Shown: positions 29,533-38,934 of the stretch, piece after piece | How positions within the stretch are numbered: the stretch's first letter is position 1 | Layout of the letters: each line of letters begins with the position of its first letter | DNA from: Candidatus Marinacidobacterales bacterium | Lineage (GTDB): Bacteria > Acidobacteriota > Vicinamibacteria > Marinacidobacterales > DATDRI01 | DNA length: 64,000 nt | Assembly: GCA_965219415.1 (NCBI GenBank) | Contig: CBDCNP010000002.1 | Location: forward strand, 160,001-224,000 | Direction: 5' to 3' | Notes under the pieces: model-generated | Databases searched by the model: none | Told to the model about the DNA's origin: nothing | The model's input: the letters and a program-made list of their open reading frames with translations, nothing else | Made by a program: the position numbers and the translations under genes

Positions 29533-30243
29533 TCAAATATTGCGTTTGGACCGTACTTCTTTGGTCGTAAAAAGATAAAGGAAGTGCACGGCGACTGCCT
29601 GGTCGCCCAAACGCGCCGGCTCGAAACCAGAGGCCCGGACTACCTCGAGCGTTCTCGCCAACATCTTCTCATCGCCACTGCGGTGGATCACTCGCAAATC
29701 ACGTACGTCTCCGTTCTGGTCGATCGACGCCAACGTGAGGAGAGTACCCTCCTTGCCCCGCTCCACTTCGGTGAACGGAAGCATATTCACCGAGCGATCA
29801 CGGAAGCGAGGAGTCGTCATCTGCGTGTGCAGGGTTCACCGCCGGTAGCGGACCGGGATCCCAGCGGGACATCAACGCGCTTTGCGCGGATCCCCTCGAT
29901 AAGTCGAGAAAAAGGACCAACGCCAACAGGCTTAACACGGCTCCCAAACTCACCGCGGGAAAGAGAACCGGTCGTCGCCGACAGCTCAAGAGCTCGTCGC
30001 GGAGGATAGGCACCATGCCCGCAGCTCTTCGTCGACCCTCTGGCGAATCACCTCGGCGAGAGAGGCAGGCGCATCGATGTGAGGAAAGTGTCGTACCGCA
30101 TTGGCGATGTTCGCCAAGCGTCCATACTCGTCTCGACATCGAGGGCATTCGCCCAAGTGCTGTTCGACGAGCTCGCTGGTGTCGGCGGAAACCTCACCGT
30201 CGTGATAGGCCGAAAGCGTTTTGCGATCTGGGGTGTGAAGCAT
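29533..30243 (-). pseudogene. zf-HC2 anti-sigma factor with TM and TonB C-terminal-like domain (two frameshifts)
   Basis: LSAYHDGE...HLGECPRC; TM LGAVLSLLALVLFL in a second frame; IDQNGDV..LRV..SGD...FEPARLG in a third frame. Confidence 0.7.
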
Positions 30244-30247
30244 TCGT

Positions 30248-30943
30248 CTACTCCCTCGAGAGCTCTCGAACCCCAGGGTCCAACCGCTCGCGCAAGGTTG
30301 CGCGAGCGCGCGCCAAACGAGACTTCACCGTCCCGATAGCCAGATTCAAGGTTCGGGAGATCTCTTCGTAAGAGAGCCCCTCTATTTCTTTCAATAGAGG
30401 TACCGTCCTTTGCTGGAACGGCAGGGTCGCAATGGCGTCCTGCAAAATCCTACCGAGCTCCTTCCGCTCGAGCGCGCGGTCCGGCAAGAGTGCGGCACTT
30501 ACTCCCACCGAGGTGCTCAATTCCATCGAGCCTTGCCGCTCGGCATCCTCTACCGTCACCGCGGTCATTTCACCTTCTCTACGGCGCCACCATCGCTGGC
30601 GGTTCTTGGCCCGGTTCAAGACGATCCGGTAAATCCACGTGCGGAGCGAGGCCTCGCGGCGGAATGTCCCCAACTTCTTCTAAACCTGAAGGAAGACCTC
30701 TTGGGACAGATCATGCGCTTCGTCGCGGCGGCCGAGCAGTCGCACGGACAAGTTGAACACCAAATCCTGGAACCGCTCCACGATTTGATCGAACGCCGTT
30801 TCGTCGCCCGACAAGAAGCGCTCAACGAGCGCGGTCTCGTCCAAGCTGAGACTAGCCGCTTCGCGCTCCGCCTTGAGCCCAAAGAGCTCTTCAACCCGAA
30901 CCGCGGAGGTGGGTTGAAGCACGGACGCTGGGTCGCTACTCAT
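30248..30943 (-). pseudogene. ECF RNA polymerase sigma factor with in-frame TAG at 30680-30682
   Basis: DETAFDQIV, AHDLSQEVFLQV*KKLGTF, LRTWIYRIVLN, EGLSYEEI, GTVKSRLARAR; both halves in the same frame. Confidence 0.85.
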
Positions 30944-31099
30944 GCTTTCCCACGAACGGCGCATTGTCCCCCAACCCCTTTGGCCCATCGTAGCACAGGC
31001 TGTCACAGGCCGACCGATGGTGTGACAGCTGGACCATGGGCTCCATTTCTTTAGACACCGCAAGTCGTCCCCAGGTTCCCTTCTGCAATGACTTGGACA

Positions 31100-31128
31100 T
31101 TGACTCGATAGTCCCATTTTGCTAACCT
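31100..31128 (+). promoter_or_regulatory. Sigma70-type promoter (extended -10) for the TPR gene
   Basis: TTGACT, 17 bp spacer, TAACCT preceded by TGn. Confidence 0.55.
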
Positions 31129-31156
31129 GCTGTTGGCGAGGTACTTAGAGCACTCC

Positions 31157-32554
31157 ATGAGGAATTTGGTCTTACCCATCGTGGTCTTGACGGCCACAGT
31201 GGGCTTTTTCGTAGCCGCCTTCCAAGGCTTTTCCCGCGACTATCGGTATGTGCAGCTGGTGAAGCTCGGAGACCAGCTGATGGAGGAGAAGCTGCCGTAT
31301 CAGGCGTCGCGCACCTACGGCTCGGCCATCGGTCTCCGCCCCGACAAACCGCTTGCCTATGTGAAACGGGCGGAAGCGCTGCAGCAGCAGGGCAACTTGG
31401 CAACCGCGCTCGAGGATCTTTCCGAGGCCTCGACGCGAGGCGCCGACGCGATGACGGTCTCATTGCATCAAGCCGACATTTACTATGACCGGGGCAACTT
31501 CGACGAGGCGGTCACCTTCTATTCCGAGGTCCTAGCTCTCGATCCGAACTCTCCCTCTCTCTTGTACAAGCTCGGATTGTCGTGTTTCCGCGCGGGCCAG
31601 GAGGACACGGCCATCGACGTGCTGACCCGTGCGACAGAGGCACAGGACGAATTCGCCGAGGCGTACTACCTGCGGGCAAGCGTTTTTCACGCCGTCGGAC
31701 GCGATGCCGAGGCGGAGGCGGATCTCCTGAAGACGCTAACATTACGGCCCGAAGCTGGCGAGGCTCGCTTGGCGCTTGTCGAGCTTTACATGGATACCGG
31801 CAAGACGACCAGGGCACTCCGCGTGGCGCGGGAAGAGATCGACCGGCAGCCGCAGGCCCCCTCCTCTTACCTCCTGGTCGCAGAGATCCAACGACGGCGC
31901 GGTCACAACGATCAAGCCATCGAGGCCGTCGGGCTCGCCCTCGAACAGGATCCGAACCTCCCCGGTGCCTATTTGCGTCTAGGCCAGTTGTGGTTAGAGG
32001 AAGGGATCTCTCGTAATGATAGGGTCGCTTTGGAGAAGGCTGTCGCCGCGCTCGAGTCGGTATCGCAATTGGAGAACGAGAATGGCCCCGCTTCGCTGGC
32101 ATTGGGACAGGCCTATCTAGCGCTCGGTGACGAAGACCGTGCGTTCGACGAGCTCCAGCGGGCGGCGGAAGCAACCCCTATCCAAGCGGAGGCGCACCGA
32201 GAGTTAGGAGACCTTTACCTAGGTCGCGAGAACTTTGCCGAGGCGGCGACCGCGTATCACGTGTACCTAAAGCTTGGCGAGCAGAGCCCAAGGGTGTTGG
32301 AGCGGCTGGGAGATGCCTACATCGGGATGAACAACCAGTCTTCAGCGGCGGAGACCTACCTGCAGTCGGCAGCCTATAGCCTGAACCGCGTCGGGCCTTT
32401 GGCCAAGGCGGCTCGCGCTTATTTGGCTGCCGGAGAGCCCCGTCTGGCCGTTCAGGTTTGCGAGCAAGGACTGGCCGCCGACGCAGAGAACGAAACGCTG
32501 CGCAATTTGTTGGCTAGAGCGAGTAACGCGGTGCCTGCCGTCGCGAATCCCTAG
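31157..32554 (+). CDS. Tetratricopeptide-repeat protein with N-terminal anchor
   Basis: N-terminal hydrophobic segment; many TPR repeats (A...P, LG..Y...G). Confidence 0.88.
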   Translation: MRNLVLPIVVLTATVGFFVAAFQGFSRDYRYVQLVKLGDQLMEEKLPYQASRTYGSAIGLRPDKPLAYVKRAEALQQQGNLATALEDLSEASTRGADAMTVSLHQADIYYDRGNFDEAVTFYSEVLALDPNSPSLLYKLGLSCFRAGQEDTAIDVLTRATEAQDEFAEAYYLRASVFHAVGRDAEAEADLLKTLTLRPEAGEARLALVELYMDTGKTTRALRVAREEIDRQPQAPSSYLLVAEIQRRRGHNDQAIEAVGLALEQDPNLPGAYLRLGQLWLEEGISRNDRVALEKAVAALESVSQLENENGPASLALGQAYLALGDEDRAFDELQRAAEATPIQAEAHRELGDLYLGRENFAEAATAYHVYLKLGEQSPRVLERLGDAYIGMNNQSSAAETYLQSAAYSLNRVGPLAKAARAYLAAGEPRLAVQVCEQGLAADAENETLRNLLARASNAVPAVANP

Positions 32555-32631
32555 TTTCTAACCACCGGTAATGTAGGTGGCAGTGGCGGACGGTCCGGTA
32601 AGAATCAACCCGAGAGATGGAGAGATAAACC

Positions 32632-32940
32632 ATGAACCGAATGCTTAGGACGAGCCTTCTTGTCTTGCTGGGCACGACGGTCACCTCTTTTTCGATTCCC
32701 TACGTTTTGGACAGCGGGCACGCTCGAACCGCCACCGCGCTAAAAGTTGTCCGGGTGGCTTGCACCGACAACGTCTGCGGTGGCTGCGACGGCCGGTGCC
32801 ATGACCGCGAGGGTGTGCAATACGATCACCTGACGGTGCGCAAGAACGGCCACTGTTCCTGCGCTCCGAAGAAAGGTGGCGAGCTCGACCGCGTCACGCG
32901 TGAAGCCTACAGCCGCTGGGTTGGCTCGAACACCCGCTAA
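32632..32940 (+). CDS. Small Cys-rich exported hypothetical protein
   Basis: GGAG SD, N-terminal hydrophobic segment, CTDNVCGGCDGRCH...HCSC. Confidence 0.65.
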   Translation: MNRMLRTSLLVLLGTTVTSFSIPYVLDSGHARTATALKVVRVACTDNVCGGCDGRCHDREGVQYDHLTVRKNGHCSCAPKKGGELDRVTREAYSRWVGSNTR

Positions 32941-32960
32941 AGGGGGGCGAGGATCTCTTC

Positions 32961-33617
32961 TTGTCCCGGGACCGACTCGTCGTCTTCGCTCGTGCCCCAA
33001 TTTTGGGCGCCGTCAAGACGAGACTGGTCCCACCTCTGTCCAATGAACAAGCACTCGCCTTGCACCGAGCTTTGGTCGAGGACACCTTAGAGAGACTCAC
33101 GCGAGTCGGGGGGAACGCACTCGAACACTGGCTCTATCTGAGCGAGCCCTTGGCCAGCCAAGACGCATTAGAAATCCCATCCGACTGGACCATGGCGCTT
33201 CAAAGCGGCGACGACCTCGGCGGTCGAATGGAAAACGCCTTTCGCGACGCACTCCACGAGGAGCCAGGGAAAATGATCCTCTTGGGAAGCGACAGTCCAA
33301 CTGTACCGCTGGAGTACGTGGGGCAAGCGTTCAAGGAGATGGTCGACCGAGAAGTCGTCCTAGGTCCGGCCGAAGATGGAGGCTACTATCTTATCGGGTG
33401 CTCCACCTTGGTGCCTGAGCTATTCCAAAGCATCGATTGGGGCACCGACCGTGTGTTGTCTCAGTCGAAGGACGCCCTGGCGAACGCCAACCGTGAGTTC
33501 GCGCTTCTCCCCGCTTGGTACGACGTAGATTCGGAAAAGGACTTGGCACGACTTCGAACTGAATTGAAGGCCAATGTGCTGCCGCATCTCGCGTCTACGC
33601 TCGCAGAGATACCCTAA
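32961..33617 (+). CDS. DUF2064/TIGR04282-like GT-A fold transferase
   Basis: VFARAP..G.VKTRL, QSGDDLGGRM, GSDSP, GPAEDGGYYLIG, WYDVD. Confidence 0.88.
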   Translation: MSRDRLVVFARAPILGAVKTRLVPPLSNEQALALHRALVEDTLERLTRVGGNALEHWLYLSEPLASQDALEIPSDWTMALQSGDDLGGRMENAFRDALHEEPGKMILLGSDSPTVPLEYVGQAFKEMVDREVVLGPAEDGGYYLIGCSTLVPELFQSIDWGTDRVLSQSKDALANANREFALLPAWYDVDSEKDLARLRTELKANVLPHLASTLAEIP

Positions 33618-33721
33618 AGGGTTGGTTTCTTCGTCTTTTACTCCCTCTCCCTCAGGGCCTTGCGGGCGTCAAAAAATGACGTTGCCAGCCTCAAGGAAGT
33701 CAGACGCCGGGTGAGGGTGGC

Positions 33722-35003
33722 TCACCCGAACGGTTCTTCAATCGACGGGCTCTGTGGTGTGAAGAGCTTCGCCCCATCCTCGGTGATGTACATGCAGTCC
33801 TCGAGGCGAACACCGAACTCGCCGGACAAATAGATGCCCGGCTCGTCGCTGAAACACATGCCGGGTCGAAGCGGCGTTTTGTTTCCGCGGACCAAGCAAG
33901 TAGGTCCACTCGTGGCCGTCCAGCCCGATTCCGTGCCCAACCCTATGGGTAAAGTACTCGTAGTCGGGGCCGAAACCCCCGTCGGTGATGACGCGCCGCG
34001 CGGCTTCGTCGACCGCCTCGCAGGGAGCGCCGGGTTTGGCGGCCGCGAGGGCCGCGTCTTGCGCCTTTCTTTCGAGGTTCCACAGATCTCTTTGGCGATC
34101 GCTCGGCTTGCCGAAGACGAGCGTACGAGTGATGTCCGAGCGATATCCCTCGACACCACAACCGCCGTCGATCATCACGATCTCCCCTTCCTTCAATTTC
34201 TGCGGCTGACTGCTACCGTGTGGGAAGGCCGAGTACTTGCCGAACTGAACGCCCGCACCGCCTTGCACGCCTAAAGCCTGAAAGGCCGCTGCGCAATTGG
34301 CTCCGAACTCAAACTGCGTCATGCCCTCGACGAGGGTCTCGACCGACGCCCGATAAGCGGCAATGGTGATGTCGTTCGCGCGCTGCATCAAGGCGAGCTC
34401 CGCGGGAGACTTCGTCACCCGACAGCCGACGGTCACGACTTCGGCGCCGGCCAATTCGACCCCCGGAGACTCCTTTCGGACCCCATCGAAAAGAAAAAAC
34501 CGCGCCCTCTCCTCGATCCCCATCCTTCCACTCGCGATTCCGCGATCCGTCAGAATCTCCGCAACTCTCCGGTAAGGGCTTTCGTCTTCCTGCCAGGTCC
34601 GGATGTCGTCGCCGAATCGGATCAGCTCGCGTGCGCGCTCCTCTTCGAACGCCGGGCATACAAACGCCGGCTCGCCGCGGGCGGGGAGGACCATCGCAAA
34701 CATTCTCTCGCTGCGGCCCCAGCGAATGCCGGTGAAGTAAAAGAGGCTCGACCCGGACTCGACAAAGATCGCGTCAAGGTGGTTCTCGGTCATGAGGCGC
34801 CGAGCTTTTTCCATCCGAGCGCGGCGCTCCTCCTCAGAAATCGGTGAGATGCCCCCGGTCATGGGCTTCAACTGCCGTATCCACCCCGGAACCTCGGGCG
34901 CTACCCGTTTTCCTTGTTTGGCAAAGCCGAGAGTTGGTGCAAGTAACGTGGCGCCTGCCGCCCCCGCGGCCGACTGAAGAAAACCCCTTCTATCTATGCA
35001 CAA
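33722..35003 (-). CDS. Tat-exported Xaa-Pro peptidase (M24), frameshift near 33900
   Basis: RRGFL Tat motif; DGG..YRSDITRT; HRVGHGIGLDGHE; FSDEPGIY, VRLED in the shifted frame. Confidence 0.9.
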
Positions 35004-35192
35004 TTTTGTTACCTCCCCCAGTGCCCTAGACGCCGCTCATTCTAAGCCGGAATGCCGGGGCCGTCGATAGGAAGTGAGGTCGGCCTTCTTAAGGAGGGAC
35101 TCAGGACCCGGCGGAAGGTGGAAAAAAATCGCTTTTCGGAATTTTACCCCCTTGACGAGCACGGGGTGTTTGTCATACCGTGTATGAACCGC

Positions 35193-35340
35193 ACAGCCAA
35201 TAGGCGATCCTGAGGGCCACGGCTGAGCTTTCGAGTTTCGGCTCTGCTACTGTGTAGCGGGGACGGGGCCGGGAAGGAGCCGTGCGCCGGGTTTCCTTTT
35301 CCAGGTTGGGATTCCGTCCCCGCTGCTCCGCTATTGGTGT
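35193..35340 (+). ncRNA. Candidate structured ncRNA of unknown family
   Basis: Possible promoter TTGACG-18-TACCGT (35152-35181); closing stem CCAATAG/CTATTGG; UUCG hairpin; 15-bp stem with inner rod. Confidence 0.45.
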
Positions 35341-35502
35341 ACCTAATCCGCCGCGCACTATGTGCTAGAGATCACGCAATTGCAAGCGCGGTCCTCTGAA
35401 GCAATTACGGGCGCCTGACTGGGTATCGCATCGCAACTCCCTGATTTGGCGCCAATCCCGATGTGCGAGAGCACAAAAAACCGGGGGCGCCACCCTATAG
35501 CG

Positions 35503-35603
35503 CGCCAAAATAAGTGGTTACCAGGCTCAGTTTGGCCAGGCGCTTCTGTCGTCCTCTGCTGGACGCCAAAATAAGTGGTTGCCAAGCTCAGTTTGGCCAG
35601 GCG
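35503..35603. repeat. Two 40-bp direct repeats (38/40 identical) separated by 21 bp
   Basis: CGCCAAAATAAGTGGTT(A/G)CCA(G/A)GCTCAGTTTGGCCAGGCG at 35503-35542 and 35564-35603. Confidence 0.9.
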
Positions 35604-35868
35604 TCGGGCGTTTTTCCCCACGGCACTCCGTCGAGTTTTACCCACACTTTCGGGAACGTCATACCCTTGCGCCCGCGGCGCCTTGAGTTAAGTGCCTGTG
35701 TCTAAAGAGGGTACAGAAAGTTGTTCGGCGAGGTCAAACTGGTCCGGAATTTGCCCCTAAGGACCTTGAGCGGGGAGGGGGCGAGTGTGGAATGGCCCCC
35801 GATAAGACGCACTCTGATCGGGGTTTTGTCCACCCTTTGGTTGGGGCTCCTTCTCCGCTCACCGATCT

Positions 35869-36546
35869 CTACTCCGTCTTCCCGGGCGGAGGGAGCGTCA
35901 CGACGTCTTCTGGATTTTCCAACCAATAGTCCGGTTCGTGAAGCTCGAGAACCTCCCTTTCGATCGGCCCCCAAAGTGCCGCTCCGGTGGAGACGCCGGC
36001 CGCTCTCCCGGCAGCCAGGTCGTGGGCCGAGTCGCCGATAAAAACAGTCTCCGAGGGCTCTACGCCCAGTTGCTCGATGGCATGAAGGACGGGTGCCGGG
36101 TCGGGCTTGGGGCGCTCGACGTCATCGACTCCCACCAAGACAGGAAACAAGTCACCGAAACCGCCGATTCTTAACCCCCGTTGGGCGCCCGATCTCGCCT
36201 TGCTGGTAACAACAGCTAGCTTCACACCCCGGGAGCTCAACGTCCTAACCGCTTCCAAGGCTCCGGGAAACACCGCCACCATGTCGTCGTGATGCTGGTT
36301 GTTGTATTCGCGGTAGGTCACGAGCATCGCCTCAACGACGTCGGGATCGTCCGAGAACTCGCCGAGTTGCTTGCGGAGGGGCGTCCCCATGCCCGCGAGC
36401 CACAGCTCGTCGGGTGGCACGCTGCCGAGATGCGTTTGAATCGTGTGGCGGTACGACCGAAGGATCAACTCCACCGAATCGATAAGCGTCCCATCAAGGT
36501 CGAAAAGGTAAGCCTTGAACGGTAGGTCAGCCACGAAGCTCCGCAC
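35869..36546 (-). CDS. HAD-superfamily hydrolase (PpaX/phosphoglycolate phosphatase-like)
   Basis: FDLDGTL, VVTSK, KPDP, IGDS..D. Confidence 0.9.
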   Translation of the reverse strand: MRSFVADLPFKAYLFDLDGTLIDSVELILRSYRHTIQTHLGSVPPDELWLAGMGTPLRKQLGEFSDDPDVVEAMLVTYREYNNQHHDDMVAVFPGALEAVRTLSSRGVKLAVVTSKARSGAQRGLRIGGFGDLFPVLVGVDDVERPKPDPAPVLHAIEQLGVEPSETVFIGDSAHDLAAGRAAGVSTGAALWGPIEREVLELHEPDYWLENPEDVVTLPPPGKTE

Positions 36547-38929
36547 TCAAGTCTTTTCGGAGACGCCCCAGGATTCGGTCGCGGGCCTTCGCCACATCCT
36601 TCTCGGTCAAGGTCCGGTCGCGGGCTTGGTACGAAACCGAAAAGGCGAGGGACTTCTTCCCTTCTGCAACCTGTTCTCCCACATACTCGTCGAACAGCTC
36701 GACCGAGGAGACTAGAGGGTGTCCCAGAATGACACCGCGCACGCGCGACGCAGGTACATCCCCACCGACGACCACCGCCAGATCCTCCACCACGGGCGGA
36801 AACCGCGGTATGGGCTGGTAGCGTGGGATCGGCGTGACCAGCGGCAATAAATCGTCCAGCGCAACCTCGTACAAGTAGACGTCCCGCTCCACACCAAAGT
36901 AGGCGGCGGTGGTGGGGTGAACCTGTCCGAGATAGCCGAGCTCCCTTTCTTCTGCGCGTATCCGGCTAGACCGGCCTGGAATCATCCCGTACTCCTCGAC
37001 CGCTTCATATTCAACGGTAACCCCAAGCCGGTCGAACAATCGCTCCACGGTCGCCTTCGCCTCGAAGAACCCGACACCCTCTTCCGTCGCCCGCCCCCAG
37101 CGATCCAAACGCCGACCGGTTACCGCACCGACCAAATGCTCGACCTCGTTCGGCAGTTTTTCCTTAGTGGGAAGGTACACCCGAGAAGTCTCGAAAACAC
37201 CGAAGACCTCGTTTTGCAGGCGCTGATTCGCCGCCACCGTGCTGAGCACGGAGCCCCGGAGGCTGGTCCGTAGTCGTTCTTGTCCCGCGTTGAGTGGATT
37301 CAAGACAGCCAAAGGCTCCTCGAGCGCAAACCGGTCCGGAGGGATGACTCGCTCCAGCGCCTCGCGACTCGTCAAGGGGTAAGTCACGATTTCCTGCATG
37401 CCGGCACTCGCGAGTACGTCGCGCACCTTCTCTCGTAGCTCACGCCTCGGCTGAGGTACGCGAGGAGGTACTCGCCCGGCCAGCGGTTCGATGGGAATCA
37501 ACTCGTAACCGACGATTCGCGCCACCTCCTCGGCCACATCGTCTGGGATACGAACATCTCGCCGCCAGTAGGGTGGCTCCACTTGCCAACCGTCCGGGGG
37601 CTTCGGTGTGACTTCGAATCCGAGCAGTCCGAGCGTGCTCTCGACCTGCTCGTCGGGAACATCTATACCGAGGACTTGAGCTAAACGCTGGCGCCTTACG
37701 TCGATGCGAATCTTCGTCGGTTTGCCAGGGTAAGCATCGACGATTCCCGCCGCGGCCTTACCACCGCCGAGCTCGACCAGCAGTTTGGTCGCGCGCTGAG
37801 AAGCAAGGAGCGCGAGCTGGGTGGGAAGACCCCAAGCGAACCTCCGCGACGCTTCACTCGGAACCTTGAGAGCCAGTGCGGTTCGCCGGATGCTGAGCTG
37901 GTCGAACGTCGCGACCTCCAAAAGGATGGTCTTGGTTTTTTCCGTGACTTCCGTGTCCAAGCCTCCCATTACCCCCGCCACCGCTACCGGCCCCTTGGGA
38001 TCGGTAATGAGCAAGTGCTCGGGTCCGAAAGTGTGAGCCACGCCGTCGAGCGTGGTCAGCTTCTCACCTTTTCGTGCCCGACGAACGATGATGGTGTGCT
38101 CGGCCAGCGTGTCGTAGTCGAAAGCGTGGATCGGTTGACCCGTCTCGAGCATCACGTAGTTCGTGACGTCGACGACGTTGTTGATCGGACGCATGCCCGC
38201 AGCGCTCAATCGTTCTTGCATCCAAGATGGAGAGGGACCGATCTTGACACCCTCGATCACGGTGGCGGTGTAACGCGGGCAAAGGTCGGCGTCCTCGATG
38301 ACCACTTTCGCGAGCTTGTCCACCGGCTCGCCCTCGGCCTGGTAGCCCAGATCGGGCTCCCGCACCGCCTCACCGGTCAAAGCGGCGACGTCCCGCGCCA
38401 CTCCGAGCACCGAGAGGCCGTCCGCCCGGTTGGGCTTCATGTCGATCTCGAACACCGTCTCCCCGTAGTAGTCCGCGAACAGTGTTCCGAGGGGCGCATC
38501 GTCTGACAGGACCAGTATGCCCTCGTGCTCCTCCGACAGGCCCAACTCCCTCTCGGAGCAAACCATGCCGGCCGATTCCACGCCGCGAATCTTCACCGCC
38601 TTCAGCTTCATCGGCTTGCCAGTGTGTCCATCGCTGAGCTGGGCCCCGAGGGTCGCGAAAGCGATCTTCTGGCCCGCCGCCACGTTCGGCGCTCCACACA
38701 CGACGGTGTGCTGCTCGTCTCCAAGCGTCACCGTCGCGAGGCGCAGGCGATCCGCGTTTGGATGCGGGGACACGTCGGTCACTTCCCCGACGAAGACGTT
38801 TTCCCAAGACTCGCCTATCCGTTCGATAGACGTCACCTCGAGCCCGGCCATCGTCAAGCGGTGGGCGAGGTCTTTCGGCGGCAGACGTAGGGTGACGTAG
38901 TCGCTCAGCCACTTCAGAGGTACGCGCAT
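36527..38929 (-). CDS. pheT: Phenylalanine--tRNA ligase beta subunit
   Basis: HPNADRL, VCGAPN, NRADGLS, INNVVDVTNYV, DVAEEVARIVGY, FDX-ACB domain. Confidence 0.97.
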   Translation of the reverse strand: MRVPLKWLSDYVTLRLPPKDLAHRLTMAGLEVTSIERIGESWENVFVGEVTDVSPHPNADRLRLATVTLGDEQHTVVCGAPNVAAGQKIAFATLGAQLSDGHTGKPMKLKAVKIRGVESAGMVCSERELGLSEEHEGILVLSDDAPLGTLFADYYGETVFEIDMKPNRADGLSVLGVARDVAALTGEAVREPDLGYQAEGEPVDKLAKVVIEDADLCPRYTATVIEGVKIGPSPSWMQERLSAAGMRPINNVVDVTNYVMLETGQPIHAFDYDTLAEHTIIVRRARKGEKLTTLDGVAHTFGPEHLLITDPKGPVAVAGVMGGLDTEVTEKTKTILLEVATFDQLSIRRTALALKVPSEASRRFAWGLPTQLALLASQRATKLLVELGGGKAAAGIVDAYPGKPTKIRIDVRRQRLAQVLGIDVPDEQVESTLGLLGFEVTPKPPDGWQVEPPYWRRDVRIPDDVAEEVARIVGYELIPIEPLAGRVPPRVPQPRRELREKVRDVLASAGMQEIVTYPLTSREALERVIPPDRFALEEPLAVLNPLNAGQERLRTSLRGSVLSTVAANQRLQNEVFGVFETSRVYLPTKEKLPNEVEHLVGAVTGRRLDRWGRATEEGVGFFEAKATVERLFDRLGVTVEYEAVEEYGMIPGRSSRIRAEERELGYLGQVHPTTAAYFGVERDVYLYEVALDDLLPLVTPIPRYQPIPRFPPVVEDLAVVVGGDVPASRVRGVILGHPLVSSVELFDEYVGEQVAEGKKSLAFSVSYQARDRTLTEKDVAKARDRILGRLRKDLSAELRG

Positions 38930-38934
38930 AGTGA

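Noticed and set aside
35261-35285. SRP RNA (GGGCCGGGAAGGAGCC resembles the domain IV loop)
   Set aside because: The conserved CAGG and AGCAG internal-loop bases are missing, and the segment pairs better in the long rod.
35282-35292. Group II intron 5' end (GTGCGCC)
   Set aside because: No domain V/VI and no reverse transcriptase ORF nearby.
35503-35603. CRISPR array
   Set aside because: Only two repeats, a 21-bp spacer and no cas genes in the window.
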